This document shows positions 1-23,500 of a DNA stretch of 64,000 nucleotides, piece by piece (within the stretch, counting starts at the first letter, position 1; every line of letters starts with the position of its first letter). The position numbers and the translations under genes are program-made. This DNA is from Azolla caroliniana (Eukaryota > Plantae > Polypodiophyta). Below the pieces are notes generated by a model, which did no database searches, was not told the origin of the DNA, and saw only the letters and a program-made list of their open reading frames with translations. The stretch covers positions 11,160,001 through 11,224,000 of the forward strand of contig JBHGNT010000007.1 in the NCBI GenBank assembly GCA_043228905.1. The letters are read 5' to 3'.

Positions 1-1812
1 CATTTTTCTCTATGAAGCATCCACTTTGCTTAAACTTCACTTGCATTCCTTGCTCCATTGGCTGTCCAACAGAAATCAGATTTTTTGCAAGGTTTGGAAC
101 ATGCATCACATTCAACATATACTTTGTTTTCCCTTTTTCTTCCCACAATGGGATATCTCCAACATGCTCTATTTGGTGAGTAGTATTATCACCTGTCTGT
201 ACATAACCATGAATCTCTGGTTCTCTTAGACTTTCAAACCAATTTGCATGTCCTGTCATATGATTAGATGCCCCAGAATCTACACACCACATAAACTCTT
301 CATTGCATCTCTGTGAACATTCAGCCATTGCCATTGTTTCATGTTGCACCACAAATGCACCATCTTTATCACAGTCTTCAAGAGTTGAGGCATAATTATT
401 TTGTTGTCTCTTCCCTCTTTTTTCATCATTTTGCTTTTTATAGCATTCATTCTGTGTATGGCCTAGTTTTCCACAATACCAACAACCATCATCATTCAAA
501 TAAGTTTGCTTACCTCTATCTCGATTGCTCCCCCTGCCTTTGATGTTGTTTCTTCCACTTATAGCATGTTGTCCTCTTCCTTGATAACTATTGTTGTTGG
601 TTCTAGCTAAACCAAATCTTCCATGGCCTCTTCCAGCACTATTGTAGAGGGCTTGCCCATCAATCTCAGGGTTACCTTTGTTTACATCATCCATCTGATT
701 TTTTTCTTCCACTACAAGCATTGAAACCCGATTTGGAAAACTTGGGATGCTATCCCTTGTGAGGATGATGTTTTGAAGCTTTTATATTGAGGTCCTAAAC
801 CTCTTAAGCATATTTCCACCTTATCATCATCTTCTACCTTCACATTGATAGAAGCAAGTGATTCACACATGCTCTTTATTTTCAGAGCATACTCATTCAC
901 TGACATCTTACCTTTTTCCAAGGTATTTAGCTCAGTCTTCAACTGTAGCTTTCTAGCCTTTGTGTTCACTGCAAACAGTTTTACCAAATTGTCCCAAGCT
1001 TCTTTTGGAAGCATAGCATCCTGTATGTGTCCACGCATTGAATCTGAGATGCTAAGTGAGAGCCAATGCAATACTTTCCTTGCCCCTTGATTCCATTCCT
1101 TAAATGCTTTAATCTATGCAGCAGTTGCATTTTCTTCAGGGATCTCTAGAGCCTCTTCTAGGTCTCCTTCAATGTAATCCTAGTATCCTTTTCCCATCAG
1201 GAAATTTGTCATTCTAAATTTCCACACCGGGAAATTGTTTTTATCTAGTTTTTCTTTAACTATTTGGCTTGCATTCTCTGCAACCATTTTCTCTTTCAAT
1301 TAGGGTTAACTTCATAGACAACTCTCTCTGATTCAGATCAGCAACCAAAAACAAACTTCTTAGATCTCTGTACTATTTTAATATTCTTTATGAGCAACTC
1401 TGCTATGATACCATGTTACGAAGGCACTACGACTCTTTTGTGTGCACAACGGATCGTGATGTGCTGGATTGTTTAGTGCTCAAGACAGAAAGGAAGGGGA
1501 AGGAGACTTACCTTTGTGTAGCAAACCAAAAGCTTCTATTCCATTACATGTAGAGCTCAACTTGCTCTCATCTATTTTCTGTTTTCTGTTCTTACAACTA
1601 CTCTCTACTCTCACTCTTACTTTTCTACTTACTTTTTACCTAAGTTATAAGTGACTTATATATGCAGGTAATTAGCTGTCTATAGCTAAATAGCTGTGCA
1701 TAGCTAAATAGTTGTTTCACCTTTATGTCCACTAGTAGCTAATTAGCTAATAGCTACTATAGCTTATTTCTCAATAAGCATCACATACCTTTGTTGAGCT
1801 TGCTTCTCAACA
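1..1812 (-). mobile_element. Ty1/Copia LTR retrotransposon, 5' part (5' LTR 1414-1812, tRNA-iMet PBS 1402-1413, decayed gag-protease 1-1287); runs off the left edge
   Basis: LTR TGTTACG..TCTCAACA. PBS reads TGGTATCATAGC on minus. Gag NTKARKLQLKTELNTLEKG. Same family as 56110-61498. Inserted into the RT of the next element (flank GTATA). Confidence 0.9.
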
Positions 1813-3742
1813 GTATAAAGCCCGCATAGTGATGAAGGGGTTTCAACAAAAAAGGGTGTTGACTTCGACGAAATATTCGCTCTAGTCGTGAAGATGACAT
1901 CCATCCGAACAGTTCTAAGCGTAGCGGCTAGCATGGACCTAGAGATCGAACAGTTGGATGTCAAAACCGCATTCTTGCACGAGGAGTTAAATGAAGAAAT
2001 TTACATGCAGCAACCCAAAGGCTTTGAGTTGAAAGGGAAAGAGAACCTGGTGTGTCGACCGAAGAAAAGCTTGTATGGTCTGAAGCAAACTCCACTCTAG
2101 TGGTACAAGAAGTTTGAATCCTTCATGGTGGAACATAGGTTCCAGAAAACACAGGCTGATCACTGTGTGTTCGTCAAAAGGTACAACGAAGGTGACTTCT
2201 TGATTCTCTTGTTATATGTAAATGACATGTTGATAGTTGGTCAAGATACAAGGAAGATTGGAAGGTTGAAGAAAGCTCTAGGAAAATCATTTGCCATGAA
2301 AGATCTTGGACCGGCTAAACAAATCCTAGGATTGCACATAGTTCGAGATAGAACTAAGAATGTGTTGTGGTTCTCACAAGATAAATACATGACTAAGATC
2401 CTAGAGAGATTCAACATGTCGAACGCAAAGCCAGTCAGATCGGTGTTGTTGACAAATTGCAGGTTCAATGCGAAGCAGTGCCTGAAAGGGGAGAAAGATA
2501 AGGTTGAGATGAGGAACGTACCATATGCCTCATTCGTCGGTAGTTTAATGTACGCTATGGTCTACACGAGACCGGACATAGCATTTGTTGTGGCAACAGT
2601 AAGCTGATACATGAGTAATCCAGGACGAGAACACTAGGCAACGGTGAAATGGATACTCAGGTGCTTAAAAGGCACCTCGGGTGTGTGTCTTAAGTATGGT
2701 GTCGGAAAACCTATGCTTGAAGGGTTTACCGGCTCAGACATGTCGGGGGATGTAGACTCAAGCCGATCCACATCAGGGTACGTGATGACCTATGCTAGGG
2801 GAGCAGTGTCGTGGCAGTCATGACTACAGAAGTCTGTGGCCTTGTTGACCACAGAGGCAGAGTACATGGCAGCGGTAGAGGCTGACAAGGAGCTAATTTG
2901 GATGAGAAACTTTCTCAACGAGTTGGGGATGAAGTAAAGGGATTTCTTGCTTCATTGTGATAGCCAGAGTGCCATACATCTAGCCAAGAATGTTGCATAC
3001 CACTCCTAGACCAAGCACATACAAAGAACGTATCACTAGTTGTGGGAGAAAGTCGAAGAAGGAGAGTTTACCCTCGTGAAGATCCATACTGACGACAATG
3101 GATCCGACATGCTGATGAAGAACCTACCGATAGACCGACTTTAGAGTCTGTCGACAAAGGACATGAATAATTCCCCACAAAAGTGAAGGGGGAGTTTGCT
3201 AGGAATATTTCCCTCCAATGGGAGGAGCCGACTGTTCGAAGAGAGCCGACAGTCGAAGATAGGGAGCAACCAATTGATCAGATGAGTCAGTTGATTAGTA
3301 AGACTATTATTAATATTAGATAATAATAGGAATGACAGTAGCAATGGCTACATTTGTAAATAACCTATACAGGGTATAAGTGTAAATACACTTAGGGCAA
3401 GTAGAGAAGCATATGAGAGAACAATGTGTGATCCTTTGTTGTAGCTAACGATAGAGAAGAGTGAGAAGGAGAAGAGAGACTGAGCGAGCGGCGCCATAGC
3501 TGTGTTCTGTAACAGCATACGCCAAGAACCCTGCGCGGCTGATACACTTGGTGTAGAAAGTGTTGTACTCTAATCTCGTCATTGTATATCCAATGTATTG
3601 TGAAGCTCCGTTCTCCGTGGTTTTCTCTCGCTTTGGGGTTTCCACGTAAAACCTGTGTGCACTGTTTTCTCTTGTGTTATTGAGTTGTGTATTTCAGCAT
3701 GTTCGATTCTTGTGAATTAACGATCCGTTTCTCTACATAACA
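1813..3742 (+). mobile_element. Ty1/Copia (Tnt1/Tork-like) 3' part: decayed RT-RNaseH 1813-~3140, PPT 3181-3194, 3' LTR 3197-3742
   Basis: YKARIV, QLDVKTAFLH, SLYGLKQ, LLLYVNDML, YASFVGSLMYAM motifs with stops. PPT AAGTGAAGGGGGAG. LTR TGCTAGG..ATAACA. Right LTR end is inferred because the partner LTR is not in the window. Confidence 0.85.
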
Positions 3743-3958
3743 TTCTTAGCCAAACACCAAATCAGATGTGCAATTATTCTTTAGAAAGCTCTTGTGCGCA
3801 AGCTGCGAAATAATTTGAAGATCAAAGGAAACGAATACATACGTATTAATATTAGAGCAAGAAGGAAGACATTCCATATTATTATTAGTCAGTCTTACTA
3901 CTACTACTACATTTACATACATACATACATACATTTACATAACATAATACAGACGCTG

Positions 3959-14210
<10,252 letters not shown>

Positions 14211-14450
14211 TCATTACAATACAAGCTGGCTGAAATAAAAAGTCAGGAAAGAAATAGAATAAAACTGAGGACTTGTAAAATTTTATGTGAAAATTGTTTG
14301 ATTACCACGCAATTAGATACTGATATTAAATATTTGAAGTTTGATTAATGTTCTGAACTTCTGTTTAGCTTACAAAACACAATGGATATTTGAATTGATT
14401 ATCAAGTAAGTATGTGAAAGACAGATACACAATTTTTATAGGCTCTGAAG

Positions 14451-14697
14451 TAGGAATCGGCAATGGTTCGGTTTTGGCTTAACCGGTTTGGCCTTGTCCA
14501 AACCAAACGGGTTAAGCCGATTAAGCCTTAAGTGGTTTTGCCCAAATCGGTTCGGTTCACTTTGAGCCATCTCAAACTGAGCTCAAACCGGTTAAGGAAG
14601 CGCAAGCTTGAACCGAACCGAACTGCCAAAACCCCAAACTGTTTAAAACGGTTTAATGGCAAAGTTCAATCTTGAGCCGAGCAGTTGCTGATTGTTA
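14451..14697. mobile_element. hAT-type MITE downstream of the cyclophilin stop
   Basis: 8-bp TSD CTCTGAAG (14443-14450, 14698-14705). Imperfect TIR TAGGAATCGGCAA / TTGCTGATTGTTA. Many AACCG/CGGTT subterminal motifs. Confidence 0.8.
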
Positions 14698-16608
14698 CTC
14701 TGAAGTAAAACTTTGAGAATCTGATTTTGATATTCTCTTAACTTGCAAGTTTCTCAATTTAGCTTATTTGAATCAATTTTCTATCTTCTGGACTTGTTAA
14801 GGTTTGATTCATCTCTTGTGTTATGTTGCTTCCTAATTCAAGCCATTATGATCATGCACAATTTTATGCATGTATTTACTTGTTCCAAATATTTAAACAA
14901 ACATTATGTCTGATCTCCTTTTTATCACTTTTGAATTATGTAGATTCAGAATTAAGAGATTAATTATTCCACTAGTGTACTAATTCTTCATTCAGTCAGT
15001 TTGTGGTTGATAGAAAAAATGCTATGAATGCTTAATGACAAGTGTAACTAAAAACAACACGTGACCGTTTCTTTGTCTTCTAAATAAATATTTGAAATGT
15101 TCACAAGTTAATTTCTAAGAAAATCAACTGAAGTAAATTATTGGAGATGGAAACTAAAATAGCCGTTGTCATATTAGATGTAGTCTGAATGTTTATAAGT
15201 GTCTTGATAATTTGGTGGTTCACTTCCGTATTCTTCACCGTCATAATTGAGGTAAGATTCATCTGATGTGTCTTCACTAACTTGCTAATGAATCGTCTCA
15301 CTAATCTATTCTCGTTAACATGTGAACAAATGGAGAGTCAAGAGTAAGAAGTGCTAATCAAGTATGCTAGGAAAGGAAAATACTTTATATGGTGTTAGGT
15401 TCAAAAGCCCCTATCCTAGAATTGTGCATTTCACAACAATCCAAATACGTGGTTTGATTGTACAATGTTTGAGCTACTAATCCTAGTTGAATGACACATG
15501 GATGGTTGCATATGAAAATTGCGTCAAATTTATCATTTTTGGTGAAGTGGTAACGTGTGTAAAATTTTATCTTCATCTCTTGTAAATGCAAGAACACACA
15601 ATAGACCATATACAACACAAGTGATGTGTTCTAGGTATGCTTGATTCATGTCTTTCTTTGTGAGCGTTTAGATAGGGTAGGTGATGGGAGGAGCGTCTAC
15701 TTGGACCAAAGCATAAGCATATATATATGTATGTATGTATGTATGCGTGCGTGTGTGTATGTTAGTTTGAATATAAAAAACACACATGGTTTAGGCACTT
15801 TCCTGATTTCTTATTCTAATATTAATCAATAACGCTACATGTTTGTAGAAGAGCATCACCTAAAGTAGAAACAAAGTGAGATCTCAAAGTGAGTGAGAGA
15901 TCGAGATAGTGTGTCAGAGGAATGGGGTTGGAGGGCTTTTGAGAAAGTAGGAATCTATCATGTGTAAGGGTAAGGAGGTATTATTATTAATAAGAAAGTA
16001 GAAAGGGGAACTTTTGAGAAAGTAGTAGGAGGGGGGGGGGGGGGAGGTGAGAGAGCATCTCGACACAAAAGAAGACAAAGCAATTGAAATTTGAAACTAA
16101 ACAAATCAGTTGAGTTGATATTTATTGTAACTCTGTTTGTTTGTGTTATATGTATGTATGTATGTACTGTATATGGGAAGTCACAGGGTTTGGTTTACCT
16201 CACGAATCACTACTACAGTCTACTACTCTTCAGTCCTCACAACCTACTACTTACTACTTCTACTACTATATACATACATACTACTACAGTCTACTACTAT
16301 TACAGTCTACTACTACATACATCATCATCATCATCATCTTGTTTTAACACAAACATAGATTTACGGAAAAGAATAAGGAAAAACACACACACACATGAGT
16401 GTGAGTTGTTAACCAAAGCAGTTGAAATAAAACACATCCCTTTCCTTCTTCTGTAATAACAATATGTACATACATATTATCTATCTACATATGTATTATA
16501 TCAATATGTATATGTATGTCATCTCGCTTTTAAAACTTGCCCGTTAGGCCATCCCTCTCTGTGAAGGATTCAAATCTCCTCTTTCTTTCTCTCTCTCTCT
16601 CTGCACAA

Positions 16609-19600
16609 ATGGGGCCATCCATCTATCATCAGTCATGGCTGCTTGTTCTTGTACTTTACTGCTCGCTTCTTCTCTTCTCAAGCTGCCCACCTTCTTCCGC
16701 AGGTCAGTCAAGTTATTAGACTGTGAATTTCTGAATTAGAAGGAAGTATGGCGTTCCCCTTTTCTCTTCAGCTATCTAACGAGAAAAACATTTGAAGATA
16801 ATTCACGTCCAAAACACCCGCTAATGCTTCTGCTTTTGGGTATATACCTATTCTGGCGAGATATCCAAAATCATTCCGTCAGTGGGTGGTTTTGGTAACC
16901 CCCTGCCTGTTTAGGGTTTGATGTAAATTGGTACAAAAAATTAGGGACCATATATATATATATGAATGGGAGCTATTTGTCTGTGTATGTTGTTGGTAGC
17001 AGGAGGAGATGGGGAGAGATTGGCAGCAGTGAACCTGGGTGGATGGCTTGTGATTGAGAAATGGATCAAACCCTCCATCTGGGAGGGCATCCCCAATGAT
17101 GATCTCCTTGTAATATTTTCGCACTCTTTATTTTTACCATTTTACTTCAGAACTATAATATATCATTGTCTTTGAGAACTACTTAATACCTGCCATCCCA
17201 TTATTGAGGACAGAGGTTTTTGCAATCTTAACAAAATCTTTTGTCCTTTTCCTTTTTGATGGTTATCTATCCTGTCTCTTCTTCCTTGTTTTTGTTTTTT
17301 TATTGTGCGTTTCCTATAGGATGGCTCTCAAATTCAGCTCAAATCAGTCACTCTGGAGGCATATGTTTGTGCAGAAGGTGGGGGTGGAAACGAAGTTTCT
17401 GTAAACCGAAAAGATGCATCAGACTGGGAAACCTTCAAGGTCGGTCCAGATATCCCTATGAATTAAAAGAGAATTCAATTATGGACTGTATATAGAGCTA
17501 GCTAGCTAGTCGGACAGAAAGATAAATAGATAGATAGGCTATTATGAATATATTTAGAGGACCCTTTGAGTATGTGCTTGTTTGTCACTTAACCTTAAAT
17601 TTCCATTTTGTTTTTGTTTCTTCATTTGTGTTATAGATATGGAGACATTCAGATACAGTATACAGTTTCCGGGTGCATAACAACCAGTTTCTAAGTGCCT
17701 CAAACGGTGGCGGTGGTAATATATATGCCTCAGCCTCCACACCAAAGGAGTGGGAGTGGTTTACAGTCACCAGGAATCCAGACAACAAGAACCAAGTTCA
17801 CATCAAATCACATAATGGAATGTACTTACAGGTTAAGGCTTATTCTTTGGAAATAAACTTGGTCATATGAATTCATTCAATCAAGGGAAATTCTGGAAAC
17901 TATGTTGTTACATTGCTGGAGCTGATTTATAAAAAGTAATTTTGACATGTAAAACAATGCCTACGCCTGCTCTTGGGTTTAACTAAAAGGGAGAAGTAGT
18001 TTTTCTTAATGTTAGACTCATAACTTTTGGATAAAACACTTACACAAATTTACTTTTGATGTAATTCTTCAACTCTTGAAATATCCCAACTTTGATGTAG
18101 GCTAGAAACGCGAATCAGATTACAGCAGATTATGTGTCATGGGCATCGGAGCCTGGTTGGGAGAATAACGATGCCACTTTTGAGATGACAATATTTAAGT
18201 ACTCCCCATATCATGGAGAATACCAATTGGCTAATGGTTGGGGTCCTCAAAAAGCTCCTGACATTTTCAAGGTCAGCCATCTAATCCAATCTAACACTTG
18301 ATGGCTTTTCCTCTTGCTCTATCTATGCTCTTGAGTGGAGACTAATGTATAGATGTATTTTATCTATGAGGTTTTTAGATTAAAACCATGTACATGTTTA
18401 GCCTCTGTTAAAGTAAATGAATAAATTTACTTAGAGCTCTTTACATGGACAATTGACACATACATGTCATATTCTGTTTTTTGTAAGTATGGTTTGAATG
18501 AAGAAAGAAACAACATATAACATGGTTCTGATACCCAAAATATCGGATATATTAAGCATATCCTTTAGGTTTAATGATGTTTCTTTTTTGTGATATTCAA
18601 TGTAGAAGCATAGGGATTCTTTTATCACTGCTACTGATTTCCAATACTTGAGGAGCATCGGTATTAATGCTGTCCGGATCCCTGTCGGATACTGGATAGC
18701 AAGTGATCCAAACCCACCAAAGCCTTTCGTTCCTGGATCCTTGCAAGCCCTGGATAATGCATTTCAATGGGCAGAGTAATGACCCTGCGTCTCTCCAACC
18801 TCTTTATTTTCGGGTTATCATTGGTTTCTAACTATAATATAAGAATTCGTTTTGTTTTCAGAAGCAACAATTTGAAGGTTATAATAGACCTCCATGCAGC
18901 TATTGGATCTCAAAATGGTGAAGAACATAGTGCAACAATTGATGGTGTTTCGGAATGGGCCACTGGGAAGGACCCAAATGGGAAAACCTATGTTGAGCTG
19001 ACGTTAGAAGTAATTGAGTTCTTAGCATCAAGGTAGCGCCATCCTATCTATCCCACAATATATTGTCTCCTCTCTTGGATGTGATGTTTTGGGCATAATA
19101 GCAATTGAAAAAGTTAATGCAAATGCGGGTTCTGCAGGTACAGCCAGAGACGTGGCCTTTATGGAATAGAATTGGTAAATGAGCCGCAAGCTCGATATGT
19201 ACCCCTCGACACACTGAAAGACTACTACAGAAAGGCGTATAAGATTGTGAGGAAGTATAATGCAAACACATATGTGGTAATGTCGGAGCTCTTGTGGGAT
19301 GATCCAAACAATCTTGTGGATTTGGGGAAAGAGTTCAATAATGCCATCATCGATCTCCATTACTACAATGCATTTGGGCCCACATTTGCTAATATGAATA
19401 TCCAGCAGAACATTGACTTCATCTACAATGAACGTAGGCAAGAGATTGAGAGGCTGAATAAGAATAGTAATGGTTTGCTAACCTTTGTAGGTATGTATGA
19501 TCACCAACAAACACAGCACACCCACCACAGTCTTTGTTTTATATGCTTGAATAAAAATCATTGTCCACATGAAATTTCACATCATACCAATCAATACAAC

Positions 19601-20178
19601 ACACACACACACACAAGAAGAAGAAGAAGAAGAAAAAGAAAAAGAAAAGATAGGTGCATGCATATATACAATACCTAGATAAGATACATGTATGCATACT
19701 TGAATGTAACATATAGACCTCATACCTTTGTAGGTAGTGCATGCATATATACCATACCTAGATAAGATACATGTATGCATACTTGAATGTAACATATAGC
19801 CCTCATACCTACATGTAATACACTTGGTAAGAGACATAGATACAAACAACAAGGAACATGCATGTATGCATGTAGTGAGTCAGTCATTGACTCATGATGC
19901 ATGGTTATTTGAAAAGGAGGAGTTGAGTGGTGGAAGTAATGGAAATGACTTGAGTTGTGTGTCCACCAGGTGAGTGGACGAATGAATTGGCTTATAAAGG
20001 GGCAAGCCGAGCTGAGTACGAGATGCTGGGGAAAGCGCAGCTCGAGGTGTACAGCGAGGCGACAGCAGGTTGGGCATATTGGAATTACATTACTGAGGAG
20101 TCGCCACACTGGGATTTCAGCCGAAGTTACAAAGAGGGATATATGCTCAAGCCTGTCAAGGGATGGAATAATCCATAA
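16609..20178 (+). CDS. Secreted glucan 1,3-beta-glucosidase, GH5 with fascin-like insert, 529 aa; join(16609-16702,17003-17109,17320-17439,17637-17831,18101-18271,18606-18775,18862-19032,19138-19490,19970-20178)
   Basis: Signal-peptide-like exon 1. AVNLGGWLVIEKWIKPS; fascin-like YVCAEGGGG..WETFK; NAVRIPVGYW; IIDLHAA; acid/base ELVNEP; DLHYY; nucleophile FVGEWT; GWAYWNY. All introns GT-AG, 1590 nt in frame. Confidence 0.93.
19654..19809. repeat. Two-copy 83-bp direct repeat in GH5 intron 8
   Basis: GTGCATGCATATATAC..ATACCTAGATAAGATACATGTATGCATACTTGAATGTAACATATAG at 19654 and 19737. Confidence 0.85.
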
Positions 20179-20576
20179 TCCATGCATTTATGCATGACCT
20201 ATATTAATATATATATTTTGGAACTCTAACCCACCATGCCATGCCAGGCCATGGCCTAGCCTAGCCTTTTGTCTGGAGATTTCAACATTGTTGTTGTTAA
20301 TTAGTTAATAATTATTAATTAGCATTCACTTTTTCCAAATGAAATAAATGTGAAGCCCACTCACTGCCTAAAAGAAGCAAAACAGTAATTTAATGATTGC
20401 GTGTAGAAATCATTATCTATAATTGACTACTCTCTCTCCGAGTGGCTGGCTGTTACGTTAGTAGTGCCCACAAAAATCCAAAATCTTTTGAGGATGATCA
20501 AATTATTTATGAGGAAGGTCGTCCAAAAAACATTGGATATTATTTTGTGTGTAATATAAATATAGGATGGTCGCTC

Positions 20577-23500
20577 TGTTATGACGGTATAAAATAGAGA
20601 ACCGTTCACTTAATATAAATATAAAAGAAGAGGAATCGTTTCAGTAGTCATGAAGCGTGCCCGATTCCTCATTTCTAGGGTAGGGTATTTAATAAACCTC
20701 ATCCTCCTGAAAAAGGGGGCCTCCCATTTTGGGAAGTGGAAATGTGCTCTCGCCTTCAATAACTATTAATTATCATTCGATAAGTATTAGTTTGTGATTT
20801 CTTAAATTAATATAACTTACACTTGGTATCAGAGCGCAAGTAAGATCCGTAGGGCTGAGTTGCACAACGGAGGAAGCAAAGGTGGAAGTTGATATTTCAA
20901 AAGCATTGGTATATGTATGAAGAAAGCACTCTCGAATTTGCATCTTGGATAGAGTTCAAAAGAGAGTTGCAATAATATTTTATCCCTTAGAACGAGCATT
21001 TATGCCTTGTGGATGAGTGGAAGGCATTGAAGCAGGGAGAGGGCCAACTTGCTGTCTATACTTAGAAATACCGTCAATTAATATTATAGTTACCCCATCT
21101 ACATCCAATCACCAAGCTTCATGGGTTTGTCTCGGGCTTAAGACCACGTCTTCAGATGGAGGTGGAGAAGATGAACCCACAATCATGTGAAGAAGCCATG
21201 CGAGTAGCAGAACGAATTAGTGACATCGAAGCAAATACACGTCCGACATATGGCAATCAACAATATAGGGCAAGGCATACCGTTGCTCACTAATACCCTA
21301 ACAACATCATCTTGTGGTCCTATGATGAGGAGAGGATATTTTGAGTGTGGCAGTTCGCATCTTGCATTAGAATGCCCAAACAAAAAACAATTTTAGGTGA
21401 GAGTTGCCTATTCCCCACTTGAGATAGCCGAAGGCAAGGAAGGAACCGAGTGGGAAGCAGACGCAACGACAACATAGTATGCGGATGACGTAGATGAAAC
21501 CATAATTTGAGCTAGAGAAATTAGAGCATGACCTACCTGCCTTAATGCAACGCAAGCAACTTATTTTTACAAGTTCAAATCAATGGGTACACGTGCAAAG
21601 CTATGATCGATAATGGAGCAACACATAATTTCATAACGCCAGTGTGTGCAAGGAATTTTGGCTTGAAACTACAACCACTAAGCAATCGTGCAATCAATTT
21701 TGTATAGGGATTCACAAATACATGCTCAATAATGGAAGATGTTAAGGTAGAAGCGAGAGATTGGAAGGGTCGAACAACCTTTGTCTCGGTAGATATGGAT
21801 AGCTTTGATGTAATTTTGGGTTTGGAATGGGTGGACAAGTATGTCATCTCCTAGTTTGTGAAAAACGCAGATAAACTTCTACTAGACAATGAGGATGGAA
21901 AAGGTGGCGTCATTGTAAACATGTACAAGCATAAGGAAGAGAGGGTTACAAATCGGAATGCTAGAATCGCCTCTTTGCACGTGTGGCTATGCTCAACCAA
22001 GGTTGCAAGTAAAGCCCTAAAGAAAGGCAGACAACTTTTTTATGTACCTCCCAATACAAAAGAATATAAGAAAATCAAGACTTCAAAAAGGGTGATGATA
22101 GTTGTCACCAAATACTCAATCAGTTTCGTGATGTGTTAACAAAGGAGTTGTCGAAGACACTTTCGCCTCAACGATCAATTGATCATCAAATTCCTCTCGT
22201 TTCGGGAAGCATGCCACCCGCAAAAGCTCCCTACCGAATGAGTGCGACATAGTTGGAAGAGTTAAAGAAGCAATTGGCAAAATTGGAAGATTGTGGCTTC
22301 ATCCGGCCGAGCAATTCTCCTTATGGTGCACCTGTAATTTTTGTAGCAAAGAAGGATGGCACAATGGATTATGCATGGATTATAGGGCTTTGAACAAAAT
22401 TACAATTAAGAGTATGTATCCTATGCCTGTATTAGCTTATTTATTTGATCAATTACTAGGCAGCCAATATTTCTCTTGAATCGATTTGCACTTCGGATAC
22501 CATCCAATTCGGATAGCAGTAGAAGACATTGAGAAAACAACATTATGTACTAGATATGGCAGTTTTGAGTGGTTGGTCATGAGCTTTGAATTGACTGGAG
22601 CATTGAGGACCTTATGTAGGCTTGGGAATGATCTTTTCCCCAACTATCTAGATAAGATTGTAATAATATACATTGACGATTTGTTAATTTTTAGCAAATC
22701 GTTGGAAAAGCACAAGCTACATGTCACTCAGGTCTTACAACGACTAAGAGGACATAAGTTAATCGCCAAGCTAGAAAAATGTGAGTTTGTTGTAGAGAAA
22801 ATAGTGTTCCTTGAGTTCCGAATAGGAAGGGAGGGACTAAAAATGGATACGACGAAAGTAGAAACAGTAAGGAAATGGCCACAACCTACCAAGATTATAG
22901 AGGTACAACAATTTATCGGATTTGTGCAATATGTTAGGAAATTGCTTAAGAATTTCAGTGAAATGGCAACCCCACTCACGGATCTCATCAGAGGTGCCTA
23001 GAGAACAGGCTATATTCGATTAATGAAAAGATGTCGTATGCTCACAACCGACATTCCAATTACCCGATTTCACGAAACCATTCGAGATCCACACCGATGC
23101 ATTTGATCAAGCATATGGCGCCATGCTATTTCAAGAAGGACACCCAATTGCATACGAGTCCAATTTTTTTTCAGAAGTAGAGATTAGGTGGTCGACACAC
23201 GAGAAGGAGATGTTGGCCATAGTATATGCTCTCCGGAAATGGAGGCATTATGTACAAGATAAGTTTACACGGGTAGTAACAGATAATATCTCACTAAAAT
23301 ACTTCCAATCATAACCACGATTATCAACAAAACAAATGAGGTGGCAAGACCTATTGGTAGAAATTTGATTTAGAAATCATACATCAAAATGGTAAGTTAC
23401 ATACAGGATGCCTCAGATACAACACATATCAGTAGTCACCAGCCAAGCATGTATGGAGGAGATACAACAAGCTCAAGAGTGGGATGTGGGAACCCAACAA

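Noticed and set aside
16091-16456. Overlapping ORFs upstream of the GH5 gene
   Set aside because: Derived from (CTA)n, (CAT)n and (CA)n microsatellites.
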